Part shown: positions 44,056-56,296 of the stretch, in pieces
Layout of the letters: each line of letters begins with the position of its first letter
How positions within the stretch are numbered: the stretch's first letter is position 1
DNA from: Trichodelitschia bisporula
Taxonomy: Eukaryota
Direction of reading: 5' to 3'
NCBI GenBank assembly: GCA_010356995.1
Contig: ML996689.1
Location: forward strand, 824,691 to 888,690
DNA: 64,000 bases
Notes under the pieces: model-generated
Database searches by the model: none
What the model saw: only the letters and a program-made list of their open reading frames with translations
What the model was told of the DNA's origin: nothing
Translations under genes and position numbers: made by a program

Positions 44056-47000
44056 ATTCGAATGGTATAGGAATCGGAGGAGAAGGTGAGGGTGAGGTGA
44101 TGGTGGGGGAGGCGGGGAGGGGGGAGAAGTGCGCGATGGGCACTGGAGATCGCGAACCACCTGCCACGAGCGCAGAGTCGCGAACAAACAGAATATACGA
44201 TCAAACGGAGAAAAGGTTAGGTGAGATGGGAGGGGAGGGGTGTGCGGTGGGCAATAGAGAGTAATGTAAAGCAATCATTCTGGTGTGCGGCACCTTGTAG
44301 CAAGGGCTGTGCTAACGTCGCAGGCGAAACGCGACAAGCAACAGGTGCGGAAATGGGCTCATGCTTTTCGACTTGTGCGCATCGTCAAGGAAAGGATTGG
44401 CGGAAATGCGACTCACCGAAAGGAAGTAACAATTGGACAAAATGTCTGGAGGTGCGTTGAAACGGGTTGCAAGAAGCCAGCTTGCGGGCGCTTAAAGAGC
44501 GACTGACAGGACGCTGTGATGCGCCTGCGGGATGTGGGTTGGCGCGTCGAAGGATTGCGACGAAGCGGCAGAAGAGACGAACGCAGTGAGTACAAACAAA
44601 TGCCGTCAACGGCAGAAAAGTTGTGATTATGTTGCAAAGACTTGAGATAGGTGGTAAAGGGTGAGAAGAGAGTTATCGAGAGGGGAGAAGGTTGAGGATG
44701 AAGAGGAGAAAATGGAGAAAGAGAGGAGGTTGGAGGCGGGGGAGAGAAAAGAAGGGTGTGTAGGTTGATGAAGGTTGGATAGGGTTTGGATAGGATAGGT
44801 TGTTGGGGGGGGGGGAAGGAAGAGAGGAGAGATGGAGGGGCCGGGGAATAGAAAATAGGCAAGGGACTGTGCAGCAAAGCAGTCTATCCACAAGGATTCC
44901 CCCCAAGGTTCAACTAACAAACTAGTTCGGTAGAAAAAAATAGAGTTGAAGGGCGAGAGAGAGGAGAAGGCGATCAAAGAACAAGTGGAGGTGCAGAAGC
45001 GCGTGAGATGATACAACTAGGCACACCATACGAGGGGGAATGAGATCAGCCACAGTTGTGTGCTATGTCGGGAAACGTCCCTTAGTCAAGGACTTCGGAA
45101 AGACTTGTGTATATCTGTCTCTCTCTCCCTTCTTCTCGCTCACTCACAGCCAAAACGCCGTCAATGATCAAAAGCAGCTCAAAGAATCGATTTGATGGAC
45201 AACTGAAAAAGCCTGTACAGCAGAGAGGCGAGCTGCGAGCGACTTCGCAGGGTTCTCTTTCAACCACCAGCGCCTGCAAAAAAGGGCCGTGAGGCTTTCT
45301 GTTCGTCAGTTCGCTCGTCTCTTGTCGCTACGGTAGAGTCGCAAGGCGCAACTCTAATTTTGGCATCCACCGTGGAGAGGCCGAGGGCGCTAGTGCGCCA
45401 CCAGCGGCAAGTATTTCCACTGGCTCATCTCGGCCCGCTGAGTGGACAGATCCAACCCCACGCCTGCATCTCACGTGGAGCGAGGGAATGAGGAGGGAGT
45501 GGTGGGGCGGATCACGGATGCCAGACCTCCAGATCTTTTGCTCTATTTCTTTCTGCTGTCCCGGCAAGTGGGGGAGACGAAGGGGAAGTTTGCGGAGTAC
45601 GGAAGTAGATAGATATGTTGCTGTTGTCGTCATGTCTTTGGTTCTTTGTTCAAACGTGCCTTACCACGACAACCGTTTGTGCACCCGCAGCAAACGCTCG
45701 CCACCCTCCCCCCCCCAATATTCTGCGCACAATGCCTTCTTCTCCCCTTCGAGTCTCTTCTCATTTCTGCCAAAATGCCCCAGCTGCAGCCCATGCATCC
45801 CACTAGTTTCCTTTGCCGAGAACCCGCAGCTCAACCTGTCGCAAAGCACTCAGCGCGCTCCCCGTAATCGCCGAGCCGCCGACTTTTGCTCATAAGTCTG
45901 CCTTGAGTACGGATACACCCCGTCAGTGAGGCTTGACGGGTTTTAACATCATCTTGCTCTCTCTCTGGTGAACCATACTCAACTGGCGCGCGGCGCCTTG
46001 TGGAATCGCCGCTTCCAGTCCGAGACGCCGGATGCCCTACGCCAAGCCCCAGCCCCTTCCCGTCCCAAGCCCGGCGCCTCCATCGCGTTCAGCCGCCCTC
46101 CATCGAGCGGCTCCGTAGAATCGTCTCCCGGCTTTATCGTCTTGGATGAGGCCCTTCCAGAACCTTTTCTATCCTAAGTAGAAATACTGAAAAAGCAGGC
46201 ATAGATTGGTGACATACTCCTACGGTAACGAAAAGTCTTGACGGCATTTCCTAGATGATCTGTTGCTTCGCCGTTCCAGCTTATCCCGACTGGAAGTGGC
46301 GTCTGAAAAGCCGAAGCTAGGAGAACTTCAGACTCTCTATGTTCCAACATCATGGGATGAGTTATTTCACGAAAGCATATCCTCGAGGATCAGTGCTCTC
46401 ATTGACATGTGTTCGCCTACCAGCTTGGCCTAACATGACAATAAATCCATTCGGTGGAGATGCTCTAAGTTCAAATACTGTGTCGGAACCATAATGACGA
46501 TGGCTGCAGTCGTCCGAATCCAGGAAGTGTGGGAAGTCAGCTTTCCGAAGAGAGACAAAATTGTATCTTGTCACTGAACCGCAAAGGCCCATGAAAGTGT
46601 AGCCCATGATTCTGCACTGGCGGAACCATACTCCGGCAGCGGAATTTAACTTGTTCCTTCCAGGCCCCGAAAACGATTATTGGACTTAGGTCTTCGAAGA
46701 AATACATCGAAGTTTCAACGGCGGCTTCGGGTCAAAGAGGGATGTCGATTCCTTTGGGTTTGGGCTGAAGCGAGGTGACAATTTTTTTATCGGCTTCGGG
46801 CTGCTAGGAAACAGACTTGGCTTCGTTCTCGAGGCAGGCGACTTTGCAGCTTGTTGGGGAGGTTCCGACAGTACATAAGGAGTGCATGTCATTTTGGATC
46901 TGCCAGAGGTCAGCAACCATCATCAACGACATATATGTACGTTGATCACTTACCCTAATCTTCATGACATCCCAAAAGGTATCAGGACTTCATGTACTCT

Positions 47001-47548
47001 GAGGCTTGTCTCAATCGAGTATACTCTGGTAGAGGCGTCGATGCACGTTAACGGCTGCTCATTGTGAGTGATGCGAAAAATGACCCATAGTTGCTAGAAA
47101 GTTGCACGACATGTACCCAGGCTACGGAGTAGTGAGCCATAGATTGCTTGTCATAGGGTTGTTTGTCCGTTGGATCAGCTCTTTGTGGGATTTTTGTTTC
47201 GGGGGCAAGTGCGACGGGTAATACTGGGTTGTAGAGTTTTACATTGACTGAGCGTCGAAGGAGCTGCGGAATTAGCGGATCAAAATTAGCGACGTCACCG
47301 TATCACGACCCCACGACGTATGTTAGGCGGACTCCGACTCCGTCAGTCGGGACCACGAATACTGGAGGGCTCAGCAAAATTGCCACTTAGAGGCTAAAAA
47401 GGAATCCGAGCTTTTAAAGATGAGTTGTATGGCTGACGATACAACCTTCCAAAGGGAGGTGCGAGGTGGCATATGAGATCGGAGGTCGTAGCCAATGCTT
47501 GGCAGCCTGGTGTTCATGAATGCCTGCGCCAAGAATTGTGGCCCTCAG

Positions 47549-47584
47549 GCAGCCCTCGCTAAGCGGTAAGCCCCACGCCAAAAA
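47549..47584 (+). promoter_or_regulatory. Possible ribosomal-protein gene promoter elements
   Basis: agccctcgctaagc and gccccacgccaaaa lie 60-95 nt upstream of the RPL4 ATG and resemble the Dde-box/CG-repeat elements described for Neurospora ribosomal protein genes. Resemblance only. Confidence 0.25.
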
Positions 47585-47644
47585 TCCACAACTCCATTTC
47601 AACCTCACGACTCCCCCGACTTCACGACTAACAACACAGCAACA

Positions 47645-48895
47645 ATGACGAGCCGTCCGGTTGTTACCATCATTGGTGCCGATGGCTCTGCCACGAACAA
47701 GACGCACCCGCTCCCCAATGTCTTCAAGGTGCCGATCCGCCCGGACATTGTCCAGTACGCACTTTTCCGCCCGGCAACAATTCACTGCTAACATGGCGAA
47801 GGACCGTCCACACCGGCATGGCCAAGAACAAGCGTCAGCCGTATGCCGTGAGCGAGAAGGCCGGTCACCAGACGTCCGCTGAGTCGTGGGGCACGGGTGC
47901 GTGGACATATGGACATTCATGGGCGCATTATTGAACATTTGCAGGTCGTGCTGTTGCGCGTATCCCCCGTGTGTCCGGTGGTGGTACTCACCGTGCCGGT
48001 CAGGCTGCCTTCGGCAACATGTGCCGTTCCGGCCGCATGTTTGCTCCTACGAAGGTGTGGCGCAAGTGGCATCAGAAGATCAACCTGGGCCAGAAGTGAG
48101 GCTCACATTCCTGTCGGCATTGGACTAGCTAACAAAACCAGGCGCTTCGCTACGGCTTCGGCCATTGCTGCTTCGTCCAGCGCTGCGCTCCTCCTGGCTC
48201 GCGGCCATCGTGTTTCGACCGTCCCGGAAGTCCCGCTGGTCGTCTCCTCCTCTGCCTTCGGTGTTACCAAGACCTCCGCCGCCGTCGGCCTCCTCAAGGG
48301 CATTGGCGCCGGTGCCGACGTTGAGAAGGTCAAGGCCTCGCGCAAGCTCCGCGCTGGCAAGGGTAAGCTTCGTGGTCGCCGCCATCGCCAGCGCCGCGGT
48401 CCCCTGATCGTCTACAACCCGGACACGGACAACACTGATATCGTCCGCGCTTTCCGCAACATCCCTGGTGTTGAGACGTCGTCGGTCTACAGCCTGAACC
48501 TGCTGCAGCTGGCGCCCGGTGGTCATCTGGGCCGCTTCATCGTCTGGACTTCGGCTGCCTTCGAGGCGCTCGACAAGATCTACGGATCGGAGACCGAGCC
48601 GTCTGCGCTGAAGAAGGACTTCCTCCTGCCTTCGGCCATTGTCAAGCAGCCCGATATCGGCAAGCTGATCAACTCTTCCGAGATCCAGGCTGTCCTGCGC
48701 CCCGTGCGCGGCGGCGCCATCACAAAGCGCGGTGTGACGATGAAGAAGAACCCGCTTGTCAACCGGCAAGTGCTGCTGCGTCTGAACCCGTACGCGGCTC
48801 AGTACTCCAAGGCGAAGCTTGGACAGACCAAGCTGAACGAGGGCAAGCCTAAGCCGACGGGCGAGGAGTTCTCCAAGCTGGTGGCTGAGGCGTAG
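47645..48895 (+). CDS. RPL4: 60S ribosomal protein L4 (uL4)
   Basis: [80 protein letters not shown]. Three short introns. Confidence 0.97.
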
Positions 48896-49755
48896 GTGTG
48901 CTGCTTGTTCTTTGCGGGTATGTCGGTATGATAGGTACCAGTCAATGAAATCAAGCCGCCTGGATGGGGTGCATTGATAACATTGTTTCTGAACATGTGA
49001 ACTGCATGTGACTAAATGATTCCATGGCTTGATCCAGCTGCAAGTATAACGATCTGGCATATTTGAGAAGTGGCAGCCTGTCTAAGGGTTGCATCGGCTC
49101 GCATACTGACATCTTGAGGCTGTCCTTTGACCACGCCTGACGGGTTATGAGCGTAACTTTAAAAAAAGAAAAACTGTTGGTTTTGATACTCCAGGCTTAC
49201 AAAACCGCATCGCCGCCTTACAGAAGGCTATTAAGCCGTGTCTCTTTCCGGAGAAGGGCCATTAGCTCGCAGCACATAACCGATATGTTCAAGTCTACGA
49301 GCGACGAGTATCCATAATTGGCATACTCTCCAGTTCTGAACGACGGTACATGCAGAATTGGCAAAGATATATGCTAACCTTGCTCAGGGCCCCGGCAGTC
49401 AACACTACACAACCATCTATCGGAAACACGCCTCCAAAACCACTAGGGTGCTTAAGCACCGGAGTCCTCCCCGACCCGTACGAACCGGACAGCAGTCAGC
49501 GTCAAGCCTCAGCCCGTGCCCGCACCCCCATTCAAACCGCAATATACCCGTTGAACCTGCCCCCGGCACCCCGTTCCCAGCCTAGTCCCAAGGGATACAG
49601 ACAGCTGTGTCCCCCAAAACGAGAACGAAAGAGAGTACCCGCGACCCGCGTCGCTTCATCTCCGGCCTCGCCACCATGCGATATAGCCACTGCGTGCCCG
49701 CCGTATGGCTCGCTGGCATCGCTCGCATCACTCTTTTACTGCCATAGACTTAGCC

Positions 49756-50569
49756 ATGCGTCTTACGGCTGTTCTCCTCTTTGTGTCTGCTGCGCTTGCG
49801 GTGCCTGCGCAGAAGGCTTGTTCGCCGGTTGAGCTCATATGGGGTGCGCGTCGTCCGTTTCGTTGGAGTTGTGGCTAACGAGGATAGCGCGTGCGACGAC
49901 TGAAGCTGCGGGCTTGGGCATTGTCGGCGCCCCGCTGGTTAAGGCGACGCAGCGCCTCATTCCTGGGTTCACGTACTACGCCGTCAAGTACCCGGCCGAC
50001 ATGAGCAGTTCGAGTCCCGACAAGGGTGTTGCCGATATGCTAAACCGGATCAATGGGCAGGCGACGGCGTGTCCGCAGCAGAAGTATGTGCCCTGGTATT
50101 GCAAAGTAGAGGGTGGGAAGTGAGACTGACGGTCTAGGTTCGTGCTTGGGGGTTACTCCCAGGGTGCTGTGGTGTGCCATCGCGCCGCGGTCAAGATGTC
50201 CAAGGATGTGCTCAGTCGCATCATTGCTACTGCGACGTTTGGCGACGGCGGTCAGCAGGCGACGAAGGCGAAGCCGGTCTATGACAGTCCTGTTGGTCCC
50301 ATCCCGCGCTGGCCGGATGAGCTGGATGGACGGATTAAGTTCAACTGCAACAAGGGCGATCTGGTGAGTCATGGTTGCTTTGGTATGCCTGCATATGCTG
50401 ATGCGTATAGACATGTACTCCTGGTGGCACCTCTACACTCGCTCACATGCAATACACTTCTGGGAAGTTCATCCCGGAGAGTGCGCAGTTCATTGCCGAG
50501 CAATGGAAGAAATTGGGCGGTGGTGGTGCGGGTGCTGCGGTCACGGCGAGGCATTTGGCCATCTCGTAG
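49756..50569 (+). CDS. Secreted cutinase (CE5)
   Basis: Signal peptide MRLTAVLLFVSAALA, ARATTE, YPA, CPQQKFVLGGYSQGA (catalytic Ser), FGDG, CNKGDL|TC, AHMQY. Three introns. Confidence 0.9.
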
Positions 50570-51730
50570 ACGTTTTAAGTATACATTACTTTGCTTCGTG
50601 TACCTATCTTTAACAACCCATTTGAAGCATGCGATGAAGGACTTCTTTTGACGGCCGGCAAACCTTCGGCAGCGTTGAAGCTGTCGGCGGTGGATTATAT
50701 GGACCATCAGCAACGGAATCCCAAAGCACCAAAGTCTTGAGGATAACAACACCCAAACCTGCATTAAATCCTTCTTGAGTCCTAGCTCCCGCACATCACC
50801 GACACGCCCAATGCACCATAGTCACTCGAATTCCCAAAAGAGTCCGTATTGTTCATGGAGAAAGCGATATGCCTCGAAGAGTTAGAACGGGCGAAGTTAT
50901 GGATTTTTAGGACTGTACCCGGCACAATGCAAATGTCCTCCTCGTCTCCTAGTCGAGCCATCACTCGGTGTGCCAGCAGTCGGTATGCCGTAAGGAGCAA
51001 GAGCATGTCCACAATGAATACTGTCAACCATCAGTACTGGCCGTCGTCTTCTGATGCTCAGTCGCCATGAACTCCTTCTCAGCCCAAGTACTTTGCGAAA
51101 TGGGCTGTAACCAGTTCATCAATGCATGAGACACACGACTAGTTGCATCCGCATCCTTTCCATCAAGCTCTCTCGAAGATTAGGTTCGTCTGCTTGCAGA
51201 CCCAGTGACCGACGTGAGCCTGACGGGCGCGGTAAGCGCACTAGGTTGTAGTTTTCCCATGCCAAAACGTAGGGAAGGTCACTTACGAGTTATGAGCACA
51301 AGGTTATTCATGACATGTGACGATCGTTGGTTCGAATAATGAGAACTTCCTGAACGCAAGACGTCGGGGTTCAAGTGACCCTCCGGACTCCCCTCCCTAA
51401 AGACCGGAACCACCTCCACAGGCGTACCAAACAGCCCATCTGGCCATGACGTTTACCCAGCAACTCAGGTGCTGCCCAGAGCATCAGAACTCACCATCAG
51501 CAACAAAGCCGGAAGGATCTTTGTCGTGCAATGTCCATTGTCAGTTCCACGAGGCGCCAGAACACACCACTTTGTTCGTCGAACAACGTATTTATCCTCC
51601 CTCCATATCAAGAACACAATCTAGTACCTACCATAGCTCCCCTTCTCCACACTTGCCTCCGCTTTACACAAACACCTCCCCTTCCCTCCCGCCAAACGCC
51701 ATCTCCACACCACACACCACCCCATACCCC

Positions 51731-52591
51731 ATGATGACTACCCGCAGCACACCCCCCCGCGCAATAGACCGCTTTCCCACCCTCCGCCGCACCTTATACC
51801 TACGCAACAAACCCCTCCCGCCCCTCCCGCCCACCGAGGAGGAGATCGACTCTCCACCCTCGAGCTCCCCCCTCAGCCTACTCCCCAACCTCAGCGTCAG
51901 CAGCAGCAACTACAGTCCCTCAGGCCCCTCCCTCAGCCTCCTCACCAGCCCCAGCATCAACGGGAGCACCAGTTCCCCATCAAATCCGGGCGCGGAAGAC
52001 GACTGGTTCTCGCCGCCCCACAGCGACACACCCTCCGATCTCTCGTCCAGGTCCACATCCGCGCCGTCGCCCCTCCCATCACCACGCCCGCTGCGGAGAA
52101 TGGCATCCCACACATCGCTCAGGACCCATGCGTCTGGGGAGTCAGACGAGGAGTTCTCGAGCTGGGTGTGCGAGCAGCTGTCCAGCCTAGCGGCGGTGGG
52201 GAATACGGCTGGATTGCGGGGGTCAAAGTTTCTGGGGTCCGTGGCTGGAAAGAGAGAGGGAGGTGCGTTGGCTGGGTTTTTGGATAGGAGGAATTGGGTT
52301 GAGGAGGAGGAGGAGCCGCTGTTGGGGGGCGAGAGGGGTGCGGAGGAGGAGGAGGACGAGTTTGATGAGGGGATGTATGAGTACTGGGCGGAGGTGCTGG
52401 CGGAGAAGGCCGGTCCAGATGATTACTGGAGCTGGGCGTTGCAGAAGCTGGAGGGTGCGGATGAGGCGAATAGGAGGGTCCAGCAGCATCGGTCATGGGT
52501 TAGTTCCTCCAAGTCAGTGTATGAGGTTCGCGACAGTACTAACGAAGTGAAGGGCTCGAGCACAACGGCATATTCAAAGGAGAATGAATAA
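51731..52591 (+). CDS. Hypothetical disordered protein (Ser/Pro-rich, NKPLPPLP motif, acidic C-terminal part)
   Basis: Long ORF with the C-rich 5' / G-rich 3' codon pattern seen in true genes of this window; the start codon is uncertain. Confidence 0.5.
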   Translation: MMTTRSTPPRAIDRFPTLRRTLYLRNKPLPPLPPTEEEIDSPPSSSPLSLLPNLSVSSSNYSPSGPSLSLLTSPSINGSTSSPSNPGAEDDWFSPPHSDTPSDLSSRSTSAPSPLPSPRPLRRMASHTSLRTHASGESDEEFSSWVCEQLSSLAAVGNTAGLRGSKFLGSVAGKREGGALAGFLDRRNWVEEEEEPLLGGERGAEEEEDEFDEGMYEYWAEVLAEKAGPDDYWSWALQKLEGADEANRRVQQHRSWVSSSKSVYEVRDSTNEVKGSSTTAYSKENE

Positions 52592-53116
52592 ATGTTTGAG
52601 CATTTGAGCGATACAATGGGTTGAAGCTGCAGGATCATCTAGACAATGTCAGCTGGCGTTTGCATGCTTGGGTAGCTGCTCTGGAATGTCTGCTTCATGG
52701 CTTTGTGCTTCTTGTCCAGAATGATAGGATTCAGTGAGACAAACGTGAGCTATGGCAGAGGATGGATCTTTGTCTGGAAGTGTGAGACAGCGGGCCGAAG
52801 TAGATATGTAGGATGCACGGGGATGCTGGCATCTGAAGTCGAGATCAGCTAACACCAAATATGCGCCTTATATCCCAACCTCACCTCTCCCGGCAACAGG
52901 GACCAAGAAATGACCTGCGTACCTAGCGAAATGTCAACTCCGCGGCCAAGCACTGACATGTACTGCCTTCAACGCTCCCACTCCGGGACCCGACGCACGC
53001 CCTTATCCTCATTCTCCTTTCTGTGCCCACATTATAAACCTCCATCACCCATTGCTCGCCCATTAAACCCCTTGCGACACCTTCGCTCCCGATTACACCC
53101 CCCCTCAATCAGCACA

Positions 53117-53785
53117 ATGTCAACCCGCACCCACACAAGCCTCACCCCCCGCGCCCCCAAAAAGCACCAAATCCGGATCCGCAGCGCCCCTCACCACCAC
53201 ATGCGCCCCACCCCCGTGCTGCTTGAAACCGTAACCCCAATCTACTTCGACATCGCCCCGCCAAAAGACTACCCTTTCACGCTCCCCCGCCACCGCGCCC
53301 CAAAGCCAAAACTCAAAGTCACCCGCTTCGACGACAAGCCCACCATCATCGGCTACGGCGGCTTCGCAGTCGAGTTCCTGCCGGAGATCTGGGGTGCCGA
53401 GACGGCGCCGTTCATCGCGCACACCGATGCTGACTACATCGATTACCAGCGGCGCAAGGCGCTGAAGGCGCTGGATGGGGGTACGCTGACGCCACCCCCC
53501 ACGCCGCGGCTCGAGAAGATTGTGCTGGCGAAGGACAAGGCGGGTCGGCCGCGGTCGCGGTCTGAGAATGATATCTGCTTCATGCCGCATGATATGGGGT
53601 GGAGTATGAGTGGGAGGCCGGGCTCGGCTAAGAAAAGGCTCAGCTTGAAGTCGAATACCAGCTGCCTCGATCTTACGCAGCGGTTTGCCGACGATGGGAA
53701 GGGAAATGCTGAGAACATCGATAAGAAGCGGATTACGGCGCTTGTTCGCAAGATCATCCTTGGGGAACCTTTTGATGAGGATTAG
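53117..53785 (+). CDS. Hypothetical protein
   Basis: ORF with gene-like codon skew and a good ATG context (cacaATG); TATAAA at about 53033. No recognisable domain. Confidence 0.55.
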   Translation: MSTRTHTSLTPRAPKKHQIRIRSAPHHHMRPTPVLLETVTPIYFDIAPPKDYPFTLPRHRAPKPKLKVTRFDDKPTIIGYGGFAVEFLPEIWGAETAPFIAHTDADYIDYQRRKALKALDGGTLTPPPTPRLEKIVLAKDKAGRPRSRSENDICFMPHDMGWSMSGRPGSAKKRLSLKSNTSCLDLTQRFADDGKGNAENIDKKRITALVRKIILGEPFDED

Positions 53786-54551
53786 GAGGTGGCAGGAGCC
53801 AGCAAGGAGTTAAGAGGGTACTGGTCCTCGGCTTGATTGCTAGTGCAATGGGTTCCGGAGACAGTGACAGGATGCAGGAGTGTGGAGAAGGATCATCGAT
53901 TCGGATTTCGGAGCTGAAAAACGGGCGGAATATGGATGGTGTGTATATCTCATTGTTGCTATCGTCCTTTGTGTTCTATTGTTAACTTTGACAGGCCACG
54001 GGAAATGATGAAACCGCCCCCATTGTTGGCTCGCGTTGCCTGAAAGCTGGAGCGAGAGGATTGTAGGCGTTTAAGTCGTTCGCAACTTTCGGAAGCACAT
54101 CCTTCTGAGGTAAGACATTTGAGATGAACGTAAGGTTTTGTGAGCAGCCGCCAGGACGGTGGGTGTCTCTCTATCCCGAATATCGAAAAGGTGGTCAGAC
54201 GCCCGGTCTCGAAGTGCAGATTCAGCTGTGTTTCAGTGGACAGATAGCAGCCATGCTAGTTTAGTCTCTCTAGCTTCAATTTGGAAGTCTTGATAGAGGA
54301 CGAGCTCTCCGTGTCTAGTCGAAATCATAAATTTGTCAGGCCACTGCTCGTATTTCATCCATTGAATTCGGAATCAAAACTCTATGAACTCCTCTATCAC
54401 TTGTCAGCCGGTGCTAAATGAAGGAGGATCGGGCGGAGGCACGAATGCTCCCTGCGATAATGATGTGGGGACACCTATAAGACATCCCATCAGCCTGTAA
54501 GTCTACCAAAGTCCATCCGAAAGCGGTCATTAGTCAAAAATCTCCAGAAGC

Positions 54552-55271
54552 CTAGGCCTCTAACTCCATTCGGTCGAGAATCAAATCCCGCCCAACCTTA
54601 ACAACATCAGCCATAACAGTGCCACGCAACAGCCTCAGCGCCTCGTCAACCGGCAGCAGCTTGGCAGTATACTGCGCCTCTTCGTCGTCCACACCAGTCC
54701 CTTCATATCGGGTCGGCTCGTAATCCTCGGGCTCCATAAGGATCCGATCACACAGCCGCAGCGTATCCGGATACGCAGGCGGCGCTTGATACCCGACTTC
54801 GCGTGATGGTGCTCCTATGGCCACCTCTGCTTCGGGATCCAGGGTTTCGGCAATGTACCAATGGAGAAGATACTGTGTGTTGATGGTCAATGGTATGAGC
54901 TGAGTCCACACAGGCTCGATGACGCAACGCGAGTAGGGGAAGCGTGCACTGGGATTTGCATCTCGAGGCTGGCGGTGGGAAACGGGAAGTGGAAGGAGCC
55001 GGTTACGGTAGCCCGACTAGGTCTGTCAGATGTCACTATCCTTAGACTGGGAGTGATGCTTGACTTCTTCGAAGCCCTCACGCTGTGCTGCGACGGTGGA
55101 TTCTTCTCCCGCGTCACGCCGCCCTTTTGGGAGGAACCAGTACTTCTTCACGGTGTGGTAGCAGACCACAACCCGCATAGTCTTGACATGAAAGATGGCT
55201 GCGCCGGCGCCGGAGACCAGGCGATTGGAGGGAAAGTTCGCTAAGAGGGGTTGAGAAGATGCGGTAGGCAT
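54552..55271 (-). CDS. Nudix hydrolase
   Basis: WFLPKGRRDAGEESTVAAQREGFEE|SGY (Nudix box split by an intron, about 55017-55064), followed by EPVWTQL..QYLLHWYIAET..GTGVDDEEAQY. Confidence 0.85.
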
Positions 55272-55714
55272 GTTGTGTTGTGACTGCTAGGTACGGAGGG
55301 TATAAGAAGGTTCGCGATGAAGAGATATAGAGGGAACATGGCGGCAGATATGCGTTGGAGGCCGGAGTCGCGTCCTCCGTAGCTGGTTGAAAGCGCAGCC
55401 AGGGATAGGCAACAGCGTGCGGTGACCTCGCCCGATGAGTCCGGTGAAGCAAAAAGGTCAAGCAATCCCTCCCATCTTCACGTGTGCGTCATTGCGGGCC
55501 TTGGCGCTTAGGCAGCCTTTCTTGCCTGACGCTTTCTTTTTTCTTGAGCCTCAATATACACAACGTCAACGTCAACTGTGTCTTTCGCTCACTACCTGTA
55601 CCTTGCACTTTAACCTTGGGCGTCAGAATCCCGAGTAGTGCGTCTACTAGATTTCAATACCATTTCCACCAACTCAACTTCACCTCGCAAACCTACCGCT
55701 AGCTTGCACCTACT

Positions 55715-56296
55715 ATGGCCCTCGCGAGTGATGTCCCAACCCCCTCGGCCCTCGAGTCGACCCTCCGGGCGCAGTCTCAAACCCGTACTCTCCATGATGT
55801 TCGCCTACACCATCTCGCGCTCCAGGTCCTCCATAATTTACAGCACCAGCACCGATGGACCCGCCTCACCACTCACACATTCTCGCCTTTGACGGGCGCA
55901 CCACTGCCACGTCCGCTGATCTCCGGTCTCCCGCCCGCAAGGCTATATGTGCATCCGGATGAGCAGATTGAGCTGCTGAAGGTGGAGGCAGAGCGGAAGA
56001 GGAAGGGTGAAGAGGACAGGGCGGACGGTGGAGGAAAGGAGGACGTGTTTGGAGCTCCGGAGCGCGAGTGGGTGCTGCCAACACATCTCATGGAGAAGTG
56101 GAGCTTGAGGCAGTTTGCAGAGGTGTTTGACGCCATCACAGTTGCTCCGCTGGATGAAGAGGCGGGAGAAGGGAGAGAGCTGAAGGGGAACAAGTGGCGG
56201 ACTACCAAGAGAGTGGTCATGGCGACAGTACAGGATGACAGTACGGTAGTGTACTACCTGGTGCACAACGGAATTGTGAAGCCGAGGCAAAATTGA
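55715..56296 (+). CDS. SEN15: tRNA-splicing endonuclease subunit Sen15
   Basis: LALQVLHNLQHQHRWT, PRPLISGLPP..YVHPDEQ, EREWVLPT..EKWSL, KRVVMATVQDDSTVVYYLVHNGIVKPRQN. Confidence 0.88.
   Translation: MALASDVPTPSALESTLRAQSQTRTLHDVRLHHLALQVLHNLQHQHRWTRLTTHTFSPLTGAPLPRPLISGLPPARLYVHPDEQIELLKVEAERKRKGEEDRADGGGKEDVFGAPEREWVLPTHLMEKWSLRQFAEVFDAITVAPLDEEAGEGRELKGNKWRTTKRVVMATVQDDSTVVYYLVHNGIVKPRQN

Noticed and set aside
4810..56296. Apparent tRNA-processing theme (intron-containing tRNA, Poa1, Elp6, Sen15)
   Set aside because: The genes are spread over 50 kb among unrelated housekeeping genes, with no evidence of a cluster.
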